IMG/VR virus record: IMGVR_UViG_3300035698_024657
Location: 32,001-96,000 of that record
Strand: one strand, 5' to 3'
Source: a virus
DNA: 64,000 nt
Position numbers and translations under genes: made by a program. Of this stretch, positions 30,839-40,054 are shown in pieces. The notes below the pieces were generated by a model. The model was not told the DNA's origin. It did not search any database and was given only the letters and a program-made list of their open reading frames with translations. The number at the start of each line of letters is the position of its first letter. Position 1 is the stretch's first letter.

Positions 30839-31372
30839 TTAACCATTACTGGTATCAAACTGTGTCCCGTAGTCGCCCATCGTCTGCAATTGTTCTGTAG
30901 TAAATACCATCATTTCTTTAGTAAGTGTACCAAAGGAATGCGGAGTTTCCCATACCTTAACTTGCTGCAACCAGGCTAATCCTGGACGAAGCTCATTAAT
31001 CTGTATACAGATTGCACCCCAAATATAATGTAAAATATTCTCAACGGTAGGTGACTTCTTTGTCATTTTAAAATACTCAATATCATTGAGCAGTCTATGG
31101 TCCATCCGTTTGATTACGCCCTCTTCAAGAATACGTTTCAACTCCTTGAAATCAATAACAAAGCCGGTGCCTTCATCGATTTCGCCGCGTACAGTGACTT
31201 CAAGATGATACGTATGCCCATGTGGCTCTCGAATCTTTCCCGCATCGTCTTTATAAAGACTACATGCATGAAATGCTGCACGATTTTTTGCAATATCCCA
31301 CTCGTGATTAGCGAGATAATGAGATGCACCAAAATTTAAATGTTTAGTTACTTCTACAGTTGGCTGAGTCAT
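30839..31372 (-). CDS. queD: 6-carboxy-5,6,7,8-tetrahydropterin synthase
   Basis: HGHTYHLEV, FVIDF, DHRLLN, PTVEN, VWET. Confidence 0.9.
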   Translation of the reverse strand: MTQPTVEVTKHLNFGASHYLANHEWDIAKNRAAFHACSLYKDDAGKIREPHGHTYHLEVTVRGEIDEGTGFVIDFKELKRILEEGVIKRMDHRLLNDIEYFKMTKKSPTVENILHYIWGAICIQINELRPGLAWLQQVKVWETPHSFGTLTKEMMVFTTEQLQTMGDYGTQFDTSNG

Positions 31373-31380
31373 AATAGCTC

Positions 31381-32037
31381 CTATATTAAGTCTTCCACAA
31401 TTTGTCTACACTTTTTAATGCGATTATTCATTGCATTTTGTGCAAGTTTAACCTCACGACTAATTTCACTTTTAGAGCAGCCTTGTAACATTAACTGCAA
31501 AATTGTATAGGTTGTCATATCTATAGTTTTTACGCGTTGCAGGAGTCGAGATACAATCTGCTTATTTTCAATATCCCTTAAGTAATCTGGCTGATGTGTA
31601 CTAAGGGGTAAACCGAGGCTCAAGGCAAGATCAAGGGAAAACGACAAATTAGGTAATTTTAAAGATGAACCACAAGTAGTACATTCTGCGGACGCCTTAG
31701 AAACTTGCTTAGTATTACACACATTACATATTTGATGGGGGTGACCACGTTGGTGCTGGATAAAATTAATTGTCTTATTTTTAAGCTGCCGTAACATTAA
31801 CCAATGAAATTTTTTGCCCGGCACAGGCTCCCAACGATTAAAAAGTCGCCACATGTCCGCAAGAAGAATTGCAAAAAGGTCATCAACGTTCCATGTGGAA
31901 TCCCGACACGCCTTGTACGCGACCTGTCGAATAATTGGCGTAGCAAGTTTAACGAAGTCCGTAAAATGCTGAGGATCCTTCGTACGGTGAAACTTTTGTG
32001 CCGTCACATCAATAGCGTCCATCACTGGCTGAGACAT
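31381..32037 (-). CDS. Sigma-70/ECF-like RNA polymerase sigma factor with inserted zinc ribbon
   Basis: Region-2-like DDL...W...KFHWLMLRQLKN; CNVC...CTTC insert; region-4 HTH SKSEISREVKLAQNAMNNRIKK. Confidence 0.7.
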   Translation of the reverse strand: MSQPVMDAIDVTAQKFHRTKDPQHFTDFVKLATPIIRQVAYKACRDSTWNVDDLFAILLADMWRLFNRWEPVPGKKFHWLMLRQLKNKTINFIQHQRGHPHQICNVCNTKQVSKASAECTTCGSSLKLPNLSFSLDLALSLGLPLSTHQPDYLRDIENKQIVSRLLQRVKTIDMTTYTILQLMLQGCSKSEISREVKLAQNAMNNRIKKCRQIVEDLI

Positions 32038-32714
32038 ACGTTCTCCGTTTCAGATAATTTGCTTAAAAATACTTGATGTAATGTATATAATTTTTGCTGC
32101 AAAAGCAACGAAGAAAATCCGTCAAATAGCTTTTTATCAAAAATATATTGAGTATGATCATACCATTGCCACAAAGCGTCAAAATATTGTCCCAATATTA
32201 TAGGAGGAATCCCAATATTTTTCAAATATATGTACACTTGATAGGCTTTACGATGCAATTCGGTTTCAATTTTTTCCCTAACAACAGTAAAACTGTCTTC
32301 TGATGAAATAATATTAAGATCACGTAAAGTATGTGCATTACTATACCCAGCACGTTCCGCTAATCGATGCAGTGCGTCAGGAAAAGTCATATTTTCCATA
32401 CGCATTACAAACTCAAATACACTCGCACCTGCGTGACAACCAAAACAATGAAAAGTGTTCGTTTCAACATAGAAACGCATACTGGGTGTTTCACTATCTG
32501 CATGAAACGGACAAAGACAAACATAATCTCCATTATTTTGAGGGAATAAATCTAATCCATATTCCCATGCAAGCGTAACGAGATCTGTTTTTTCTGCAAC
32601 AGCTGCGACGTTAATAGTCGCTGAGGTCTGCTGCTGAGGTACTTTGCCCTGAATCGGGTACGTCCGCTGAGTTTGTTGCGGCGGATCCGCTGACATTCGG
32701 ACTCGCATCATCAC
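32022..32714 (-). CDS. DnaG-type CHC2 zinc-finger protein (primase N-terminal half) with a novel C-terminal domain
   Basis: CPFHADSETPS...FHCFGC...FVMRMENMTFPDALHRLA; no Toprim; start uncertain (overlaps dnaB by 104 nt). Confidence 0.82.
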   Translation of the reverse strand: MMMRVRMSADPPQQTQRTYPIQGKVPQQQTSATINVAAVAEKTDLVTLAWEYGLDLFPQNNGDYVCLCPFHADSETPSMRFYVETNTFHCFGCHAGASVFEFVMRMENMTFPDALHRLAERAGYSNAHTLRDLNIISSEDSFTVVREKIETELHRKAYQVYIYLKNIGIPPIILGQYFDALWQWYDHTQYIFDKKLFDGFSSLLLQQKLYTLHQVFLSKLSETENVCLSQ

Positions 32715-35358
32715 TACTTCCGCTTAAATGTTTTACGGTATTATCCCAACTACCAATCCAGTTAATATCCCTCTTCCAGAACAAATCGATACATGAACCT
32801 TGATGGTATCTGCCTTTAATCACTTCAAAATGTGCTTCATGGTTGACTTCATCTTTTTCATCGGCAAAAATACGAAAAATCGAATCACAATGATAAGAAC
32901 TTGCATCAGAAAATGCAATATGTTCAGTACCTTGCTTTGTTGCCTTTAAAGATTCCCTGTTCATCTGTGCCGCCGTATAATATACGGTTTTATGTGCACG
33001 GGAACCTTCTTTTAATTCTCTAAACACGTGATCATACATTTCGGCTCGATCTTTATACTTGGACATCGGTCGAATCAAGTTTGCATAATCAATTAATACT
33101 ATATCTGGAACTTGTCCGTGTATCTTTTCAAATGCCAAAACTTCAGATTCAATGATCCCTGTAGTACATCCTTGTGGAATGTCTACAAGATAAAGAGGAT
33201 GTTGCACCTTTTTCTGATGTTCCAAGAATGCCATATATTTACGACGATTGTAACCTACTAATTGTGTACGCATAATATCGGTTAGCGGAATTTTGGCTTC
33301 TCGCGATTCCCACATATTTTGAAGAATTTGGGCGTCCATTTCAATCGTACAGTACATCACCATCTTACCGGCTTTAGCTACATTGCACCCAATATTAAAA
33401 AGTGCACGACTATTGTGTACAATTATATCATTAGTAACAAAATTGTGCGTCGAAGAGATTTCTAAATCATATGTGTCAGCTAATCCTGTGCATTCAATAC
33501 TTTTAACTGTATCCCAAAAAATGTCGGATGTTGCAAGCTTTTTAAGGGGTGGACTATTTAATGCATCTGCCAACTCTTCAACTTTATTACGACATATACC
33601 ATATTTATTCCAATCACGAGAATAATTAAATTCAAATTTGCATCCGGCGTTAGCTATCTTTTTACGATCAATTTTATCTATTCGCGTAATAGGTAAATGA
33701 GGTTTAATTAAATTCATTGGAATCGTATCCACATTGGTATTTTGTTGTGCCTCATACAAAAATTTCAATGCCTTTGATACTCTTTCACATTTTTCCCCGA
33801 CAAAATATGGACCAATTTCATTAAGAAATTTTGCACGGCAACTACCCATAACTTCGAGACTTCCCACTATAAATTTTTTATCGTTACACGTTGTGTAATG
33901 CTCCCAATATCGAGTAAGAATACCTAACCTTAATAATAAATGACTAACCTGCCGAGTTAATTTAGGGGAACCCGTTTCAAATGTAATATGCGATAATGTT
34001 TTACCATAAATACTTCCATCACAACTCCAGAGGATAGCTAAAAATAGTGCCAACTTTTCCTTCGGGAGTTTAAAGATTTCATCCGGAATTGTTTTTTGTA
34101 CCGATTTTTTACTGAGTAACCCAAACCCTTTTAGCCACCCTTTAATAGGATTGACAGTCAGGCGCCGGTATTTGGTTTTACCGTAACGTACTCTTTCTGG
34201 GGTCAATTCTTTCCCCACAATTGCTAAAGTGCGTTTATATTCAGGCAACGTTGTACCATGAACGGTTACCTTTAGGTCCGCAATATCACTATCTTCGACT
34301 ACTCTGCGAAAATCTGCACGAATGTCTAAATCATAATTAGTGAACCCAATAGATTGCGTAGATAAATTACCTTCAGCAATTAAATATGCTAATAAACGTA
34401 CTTGATTTGAAGGTAATTTGCTTTTACCAAATATAGGAATTTCACGAGGAACTGCAATACGGTCACCAATAGTTACAGATTGTAAAGGTTGCCAACCCCC
34501 TACGGTAAGTAGTGGATGGGTATGAGTAACTTCAATAATGCGTCCAGATGTAGTCGTGACTTTAAATACTTCCTGTTTTCCCGAATGCATATAATTAGCG
34601 GGTTGTACAGTACGTAATTTGTTCCAATTATTAGATAAAGTCAAAACTTTACCTTCTTGAGAATTAACGACATCTTGAATTGTGCGCAATGTACCGTCAG
34701 CCATTACTAATTGACTGTCAAATTTTACGCATTTACCTGCACCAGTTCGACCGATGATTAAGTATAATTGGCCTGCAAACATTCCACCCGTCAATTCGTC
34801 TATCTCTTTGATCCCATATTGTATTCCCTGATACTTTTCAGGATGTTGTTCTTTGTCAATATAATGGCGTATCCGCTCATCAGGCTTATCAAAAACAGAA
34901 GTACGTTCAACAATAGAGGTAGTACTGGCAGTTAAAATTTGTTGCGCAATATTTGATGCAATCTCAACAGGATCTATGTCTGCCTCAAGACCTGCGCCAA
35001 TTTCTTTATACACTGAATACAATTTACGTTTTGCTGTATACTCCTTAAGTTCATCTATATAGTATTTGGAGTACTTATCTATTCCAAACGCGTGCAACTC
35101 TCCAAACAATAAAAGAATATCAGTTTTATTGTTTGGATCATGTTTAGACAGCCAACGATCTAAAATATTGCGATCAATAAGTTTGTAATATTTTCGATAG
35201 AACCTTTCAATAATCTCAAACATGTACTGATGCCGCGTATCATAAAAATCGGCAACATTCATATTATTGATTTGCTGATTCAGTACATTTTCATCGAGTA
35301 AAAGAGCAGTAAGTACTTTTTTCTCTGTTACAGAATTATTGAATGTAGTTTCAGGCAT
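32611..35358 (-). CDS. dnaB: Replicative DnaB-like helicase containing an intein
   Basis: GRTGAGK|intein|SR, TIEM, LIDYANL, AAQMNR, KGR. Confidence 0.92.
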   Translation of the reverse strand: MPETTFNNSVTEKKVLTALLLDENVLNQQINNMNVADFYDTRHQYMFEIIERFYRKYYKLIDRNILDRWLSKHDPNNKTDILLLFGELHAFGIDKYSKYYIDELKEYTAKRKLYSVYKEIGAGLEADIDPVEIASNIAQQILTASTTSIVERTSVFDKPDERIRHYIDKEQHPEKYQGIQYGIKEIDELTGGMFAGQLYLIIGRTGAGKCVKFDSQLVMADGTLRTIQDVVNSQEGKVLTLSNNWNKLRTVQPANYMHSGKQEVFKVTTTSGRIIEVTHTHPLLTVGGWQPLQSVTIGDRIAVPREIPIFGKSKLPSNQVRLLAYLIAEGNLSTQSIGFTNYDLDIRADFRRVVEDSDIADLKVTVHGTTLPEYKRTLAIVGKELTPERVRYGKTKYRRLTVNPIKGWLKGFGLLSKKSVQKTIPDEIFKLPKEKLALFLAILWSCDGSIYGKTLSHITFETGSPKLTRQVSHLLLRLGILTRYWEHYTTCNDKKFIVGSLEVMGSCRAKFLNEIGPYFVGEKCERVSKALKFLYEAQQNTNVDTIPMNLIKPHLPITRIDKIDRKKIANAGCKFEFNYSRDWNKYGICRNKVEELADALNSPPLKKLATSDIFWDTVKSIECTGLADTYDLEISSTHNFVTNDIIVHNSRALFNIGCNVAKAGKMVMYCTIEMDAQILQNMWESREAKIPLTDIMRTQLVGYNRRKYMAFLEHQKKVQHPLYLVDIPQGCTTGIIESEVLAFEKIHGQVPDIVLIDYANLIRPMSKYKDRAEMYDHVFRELKEGSRAHKTVYYTAAQMNRESLKATKQGTEHIAFSDASSYHCDSIFRIFADEKDEVNHEAHFEVIKGRYHQGSCIDLFWKRDINWIGSWDNTVKHLSGSSDDASPNVSGSAATNSADVPDSGQSTSAADLSDY
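33412..34731 (-). mobile_element. Intein with LAGLIDADG endonuclease in the DnaB P-loop (440 aa)
   Basis: CVKFDSQL...THTHP...LLAYLIAEG...LWSCDGS...HNFVTNDIIVHN followed by Ser+1. Confidence 0.93.
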
Positions 35359-35653
35359 TTGGTCCGTTTTCCCACCGTTTCAGTGCGGCCCATACATCAA
35401 CTTCATCCGGACTATCATTGCACCCACTGGGACAAGTGGTAGCATGTGCCCACATACGAATTACGGCCCAATATACAAGCTTCTTAGGCAACTTAAATGC
35501 TGCCCATAACCAAATAGTTTCATTGAAAAAGTTCTTGACATTTATACGCCCCAACCATACATGATACGTTACTTGCCACCACATAGTAGGAGGTAAACAG
35601 TCCTCAAGGCCCAATGCTTTTTGAATTTTACGTTCTTTTCTACTAATCATCAT
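35351..35653 (-). CDS. Trp-rich small protein with N-terminal QxALG tag
   Basis: MMISRKERKIQKALGLED... Confidence 0.7.
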   Translation of the reverse strand: MMISRKERKIQKALGLEDCLPPTMWWQVTYHVWLGRINVKNFFNETIWLWAAFKLPKKLVYWAVIRMWAHATTCPSGCNDSPDEVDVWAALKRWENGPNA

Positions 35654-35987
35654 AGTGATCCGTGCCGTGCTTTAATGCAGTTATTTCAAGTGTCCCGTTA
35701 AATTGGGGGTATTTTTCATTTACTGCAGTATTTAGTTTTGGTAATAGTTGACCATAATACATCGCGTGCACTGTAAAATTCTCCTTAATAATGGTATGAG
35801 TAACATTAGTATTACCTCCACCCGGCATATGCGTGACTTTAGAGACCTCCCCACCTTTCGATAATGCAACTGTGTTAATTATTCCGGTACCTGGTTCAGC
35901 CTCCGTCAGAGTAGCAGTCACGTAAACCACGTACTTTCTTGGATAAACCCCTAACGCCTTTTGGACTGCAATTTCTTTCTCAGTCAT
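35643..35987 (-). CDS. Small protein with N-terminal QxALG tag
   Basis: Start ATG 35987 overlaps the upstream stop (ATGACTGA): MTEKEIAVQKALGVYP... Confidence 0.7.
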   Translation of the reverse strand: MTEKEIAVQKALGVYPRKYVVYVTATLTEAEPGTGIINTVALSKGGEVSKVTHMPGGGNTNVTHTIIKENFTVHAMYYGQLLPKLNTAVNEKYPQFNGTLEITALKHGTDHYDD

Positions 35988-36768
35988 CGAAAAAGTCACT
36001 TTCTAGCTTCTCTAAAATTTGTGGGCGATAATTTCCTACGAAGATAATTTCGGTGAGGCGTTCCATGAACATTGCCGCAATCGTTTGCCCTACAGTGTGC
36101 TCGATATCTGCCTTAATTTCATTTGACGTAACGATTAAAGGCTTCTTGAAATAATCACACCGTTTCTTAAATAAAGGTAATAACAATCTTTGCACATTGT
36201 CATTCTGATCCTGAAAGCCTTTGTCGATTTCATCAATTACTAAAAAGTCCATCTCTACGACTAACTTTGTCAAATCTTTACGGACATCGGGATCACGTAA
36301 CGCCATAAATGCTTTATCAACTAAATCAGACATCAAAATGAAATACCCAGAGTATCCACTTTTGAGTGCCTTCTTTAATACCAACGTGGCAAGAAAACTC
36401 TTCCCTGAACCATTTCCCCCTTGCATAAATAATCCGAATCCCGTTTCAAGCGCTTTTGCCTGTTGACGGTTATATAGCACGATACGTCTGAAATGTTCCG
36501 CGTTATCCTGCTTGAAACGCTCATCTATGTCTTGATATGACAATTCCCTAAAGGCAACAGGAATATTCGCATGTGCCAGCGTATAAGCATCATTGAACGC
36601 AGTTACACATGCGCACTTAGCAAACTTTTCAGCTTCTTCCTCACCTACAACCCGCGTACCTTTACAAATGGGACATGTATCACAGTATTTGCTCTTCATC
36701 GCAAGAACTTCATCTGCAGACACCTTAAATGCATCAGAATCAAATCGAAGGGGAATCTTTTTAATCAT
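35980..36768 (-). CDS. DnaC/IstB-like helicase loader ATPase
   Basis: CPIC..CAC zinc motif, GGNGSGKS, LVIDEID, IVTSN. Confidence 0.85.
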   Translation of the reverse strand: MIKKIPLRFDSDAFKVSADEVLAMKSKYCDTCPICKGTRVVGEEEAEKFAKCACVTAFNDAYTLAHANIPVAFRELSYQDIDERFKQDNAEHFRRIVLYNRQQAKALETGFGLFMQGGNGSGKSFLATLVLKKALKSGYSGYFILMSDLVDKAFMALRDPDVRKDLTKLVVEMDFLVIDEIDKGFQDQNDNVQRLLLPLFKKRCDYFKKPLIVTSNEIKADIEHTVGQTIAAMFMERLTEIIFVGNYRPQILEKLESDFFDD

Positions 36769-36783
36769 TCAAATCGCTTTACG

Positions 36784-37377
36784 TTAAAAGGCGTCCGCAA
36801 TATCTTTATCGAGAGCTTTTGTACTCTTGGGCGTCTGTGCGGCAAGCTGCTTAAATTTATCGGGATCAACAGGTTTTCTCGTCTTTGTCGTAGCTAACCA
36901 TTGATACAACATAGTATCACTCGATATTAGCGGAATTGACGCAACAAATTTCTTATTGAATTTCTTCGCGAACAACCATTCAATCATCTCTTTATACACT
37001 GCATTATCTTGAATCACTTCATGCATATTACGGAATTGACTAATACGGATTGCAAATACTTGCCACTGCTTCCCGTGAATATCAAATTCATGCGGATACT
37101 TTGCACTATACAAATTTTGGAAAAGCCTAAGAAAATGCTGTACGTTCCACGCCGTAATATCGGCATCCATATTAATCTTACTGCCTTTAGTATGTTTTAC
37201 CACCAAACTTCTCTTTGGTGGATCATATACAGTGTCTGGTCTATTCTTAAGTTGCTTATTCTCTTGCTCCAACTCTTTATTATGTGCAGTAAGAGCAATT
37301 TTCTGGTGATTCAAAAAGTATATGGCTTTATCTACCTGAACTTCATCATCTCTAACGAAAAAACGGACACATATCAT
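36784..37377 (-). CDS. Hypothetical protein (possible replication initiator)
   Basis: Directly upstream of the DnaC-like loader. Confidence 0.45.
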   Translation of the reverse strand: MICVRFFVRDDEVQVDKAIYFLNHQKIALTAHNKELEQENKQLKNRPDTVYDPPKRSLVVKHTKGSKINMDADITAWNVQHFLRLFQNLYSAKYPHEFDIHGKQWQVFAIRISQFRNMHEVIQDNAVYKEMIEWLFAKKFNKKFVASIPLISSDTMLYQWLATTKTRKPVDPDKFKQLAAQTPKSTKALDKDIADAF

Positions 37378-38846
37378 ACGGTAACTTCCTTATATGTTAC
37401 TCGAAAACGTGATTCACTTTTATAAAGGCGTTCACGCTTTTTAGAATGTCTATGCAAATATTTATAAGGATCAATAAAATCCACTACAATTGCGTGGTCT
37501 TTTCCTTCAGAGGGTGTCATACATCGAAGACGTTGAAATACTTTGATCGCAGATTCACCACCAGAAGCAATAATTGTTGCATCAAGTGAAGGAACGTCAA
37601 TACCTTCGTCCCCAAGAGTTGTAATTAATGTAAGGAGTTGTCTACTTTTCAACTTACGCCAAAGTACCGCACGATCTTTTGACTTACTGTTGCTAAATCT
37701 TGCATTAGGAATAAGAGCTTCAAGAGCATTACCGTGATTAATCTTCGTAACTAAAATCATACAAGTCTTACCCTGCGCTTGTAAGCTGCGAGCAACTTTA
37801 ACAATTGCAGCGTTCCTCAACTTATCGTCAACAATCGCTTGCTTATAAATAGTAGCATAAGCGGTCTTACCCTCAAACTGAATGACTTTAGGTAACTTGA
37901 TCAGATGCACAGTTGGTCTCACAAGATAACCAGCATCAATCAGTTTACTATAATCAATCTCATATATAATAGGTCCAAGTAACCCTTCCAGTAATCTTTC
38001 CGTATTATCTTCTCTAAAAGGTGTTCCCGAACAACCTAAAATATATTCGGCGGAATACACCTTATTCTGCAAAATGTATTTATGAGTTGCACTAACTGCA
38101 TGATGACATTCATCTACCCAAACAAATTTTGAGGTTTCCACTAATTGCTGTATCGCTAACTTTTTAGCGATCGCAGGAATTCGCTCCATCTGCTTTTTGG
38201 GAATTTTCTCTTTAATATCATATGCAGCCATTAACGATTGAATCGTCGAAACAGTTATAGGTTGAATATCACATTCACCGTCACCAATAAGGCCTACTTG
38301 TGCCTCGGGAAGAAATTGTTTAAACTTATCAACAGTTTGCCGTGCGACGTCGATACTTTGACATATACTCAATACTGGAAAAATTCCCAGTCGCTGAACC
38401 AACATAATTTCCATTAACGTTTTGCCGGAACGTGGGCGAGCCCAAATAATTCCGCGTTTCTTTTCATACGCAATATCTACTGCATCATCTTGGTACGGTC
38501 GGGGCTGTAAAATTAATCCAGGAATAGGTTGCTGCGGATACGCCATTCGATTATCTTCAATACTATATGGAACTCCATACTGATTAAGCGCTTCCTCAAC
38601 ATATGGCAATAAGCCTGTGAGAAATTTACCCGTCTTTACACTAAATAAGTGATTCTTCCCGTCCCATTGTTCTTGAATGAACTTTTTATTGCTCATTGCC
38701 TTAATAAAATGACTATTATGTATCTCATAAGACAGAAGCGCATCAAGATAGCTCCATATTTCACGGAGACCTGGATGATCGACATCTTCAGGAACAAGTT
38801 GACTAAGAATAGTCTTAATTTCTAATCTTGCGATCCCGCCAACCAT
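37374..38846 (-). CDS. Superfamily 2 DNA helicase (UvsW-like)
   Basis: PRPYQ, RSGKT, DECH, SGT, EGIDVP, QRLR. Confidence 0.88.
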   Translation of the reverse strand: MVGGIARLEIKTILSQLVPEDVDHPGLREIWSYLDALLSYEIHNSHFIKAMSNKKFIQEQWDGKNHLFSVKTGKFLTGLLPYVEEALNQYGVPYSIEDNRMAYPQQPIPGLILQPRPYQDDAVDIAYEKKRGIIWARPRSGKTLMEIMLVQRLGIFPVLSICQSIDVARQTVDKFKQFLPEAQVGLIGDGECDIQPITVSTIQSLMAAYDIKEKIPKKQMERIPAIAKKLAIQQLVETSKFVWVDECHHAVSATHKYILQNKVYSAEYILGCSGTPFREDNTERLLEGLLGPIIYEIDYSKLIDAGYLVRPTVHLIKLPKVIQFEGKTAYATIYKQAIVDDKLRNAAIVKVARSLQAQGKTCMILVTKINHGNALEALIPNARFSNSKSKDRAVLWRKLKSRQLLTLITTLGDEGIDVPSLDATIIASGGESAIKVFQRLRCMTPSEGKDHAIVVDFIDPYKYLHRHSKKRERLYKSESRFRVTYKEVTV

Positions 38847-39073
38847 GTGACCTTTCCTGTATCTTTATCTATAATCATATGTAAACTCGCATGGACATCT
38901 GCACGTTTATTCAAACGATGGACAATCCCATTAAATTGGTCATGTGCCTGACGTATCGTAGTAGCATTCCTTTCATATATAGCATGATGAGTATATCCAT
39001 TCATCCTAATATACCCTTCATATTTTCGAAATAAGCCTAATGCTCGTTGTATTTTTTCTTCTTTCTTATCCAT
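38822..39073 (-). CDS. Small protein with N-terminal QxALG tag
   Basis: MDKKEEKIQRALGLFRK... Confidence 0.7.
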   Translation of the reverse strand: MDKKEEKIQRALGLFRKYEGYIRMNGYTHHAIYERNATTIRQAHDQFNGIVHRLNKRADVHASLHMIIDKDTGKVTWLAGSQD

Positions 39074-39076
39074 TAG

Positions 39077-39265
39077 CTAATGATGGAAACACTGAATTGG
39101 ATAATCTGGCAAACGGTGACAATCATGACAATAAAAAAGGACATCACAATTACTATTTATTCGCGCATACATCTCATCTGCAGGATATGTTCTACCACAA
39201 CAAGCGCACATATGTGTAGGATATGCTCCTAAAGCCTTTTGGACTTTTCTCTCTTTCTCATCCAT
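39077..39265 (-). CDS. Small zinc-finger protein with N-terminal QxALG tag
   Basis: MDEKERKVQKALGAYP..CACCG...CHDC. Confidence 0.7.
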   Translation of the reverse strand: MDEKERKVQKALGAYPTHMCACCGRTYPADEMYARINSNCDVLFYCHDCHRLPDYPIQCFHH

Positions 39266-39486
39266 TATCTAAGCGGGCCTATGAAGGCCCCATCAGGCAC
39301 ACCATGTAATCTATCTGCGCATAGTTGCGCGGTGGCGCATAGTGTACAGAAGTACATGCGCTTACAATGTACAGCGCTTTGGTATAACCACTTTTCATCA
39401 ACAGTAAATATCTTTTTACAATTATCACAAAGGAATTCGGGCAACGTGCCCAATGCTTTTTGGACGTCTTGCTCTTTCTTATTCAT
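39265..39486 (-). CDS. Small zinc-finger protein with N-terminal QxALG tag
   Basis: MNKKEQDVQKALGTLP..CDNC...CTLC. Confidence 0.7.
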   Translation of the reverse strand: MNKKEQDVQKALGTLPEFLCDNCKKIFTVDEKWLYQSAVHCKRMYFCTLCATAQLCADRLHGVPDGAFIGPLR

Positions 39487-40054
39487 TTATACAATGTGGA
39501 TAAGAAGAAATTATATGTGCAGGAGAACCTCCATATACATAACCCGGCAAAGTGTCTTGATTTACTACAGACTGGCTAAGTATCACACAATCCTCTCCAA
39601 TAGTTACACCCGGATTGATTGTAATTAGTCCACCTTGTAACCACACCCGGTCTTTAAGGATCGTCTTTGCGTACTTATTAGGAAAGTGTGTATTCTTTAC
39701 TTGAGGAACTCTACAAACATGTGACCAAATTTGGCAATTAAAGCCAATGCAGCAATCCTCACCTATTTCAAGATCTCCAGTAGCGTCAAGTGAAGTATAT
39801 TGCGCCACCCAGGAGTTTTCCCCAATCGTACAATCACCATGCCCGTGAATTGTTACATGATTGTGAAGAGTAACATTATCTCCAATACGTACAGTACCTC
39901 CTACTGCAATACATACCCCATCTTCAATGCGCGCGTTATCACCAATAATCAGACTCAACGGCTTACCAGAGTGTCCAGAAAATTTAACATCGGGACTTAT
40001 ACTGGAATGGAATCCGGCAGTATATGTGATAATAACATCGAAATTCTTACTCAT
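39479..40054 (-). CDS. Hexapeptide-repeat (left-handed beta-helix) acyltransferase
   Basis: IGDNARI, IGDNVTL, IGENSWV, IGEDCCI repeats; YGGSPA. Confidence 0.85.
   Translation of the reverse strand: MSKNFDVIITYTAGFHSSISPDVKFSGHSGKPLSLIIGDNARIEDGVCIAVGGTVRIGDNVTLHNHVTIHGHGDCTIGENSWVAQYTSLDATGDLEIGEDCCIGFNCQIWSHVCRVPQVKNTHFPNKYAKTILKDRVWLQGGLITINPGVTIGEDCVILSQSVVNQDTLPGYVYGGSPAHIISSYPHCINE

Noticed and set aside
32611-32714. Programmed frameshift fusing DnaB to the primase zinc finger (104-nt overlap)
   Set aside because: No canonical slippery heptamer or obvious stimulatory structure in the overlap, and in-frame GTG/ATG starts exist; it cannot be supported from sequence alone.
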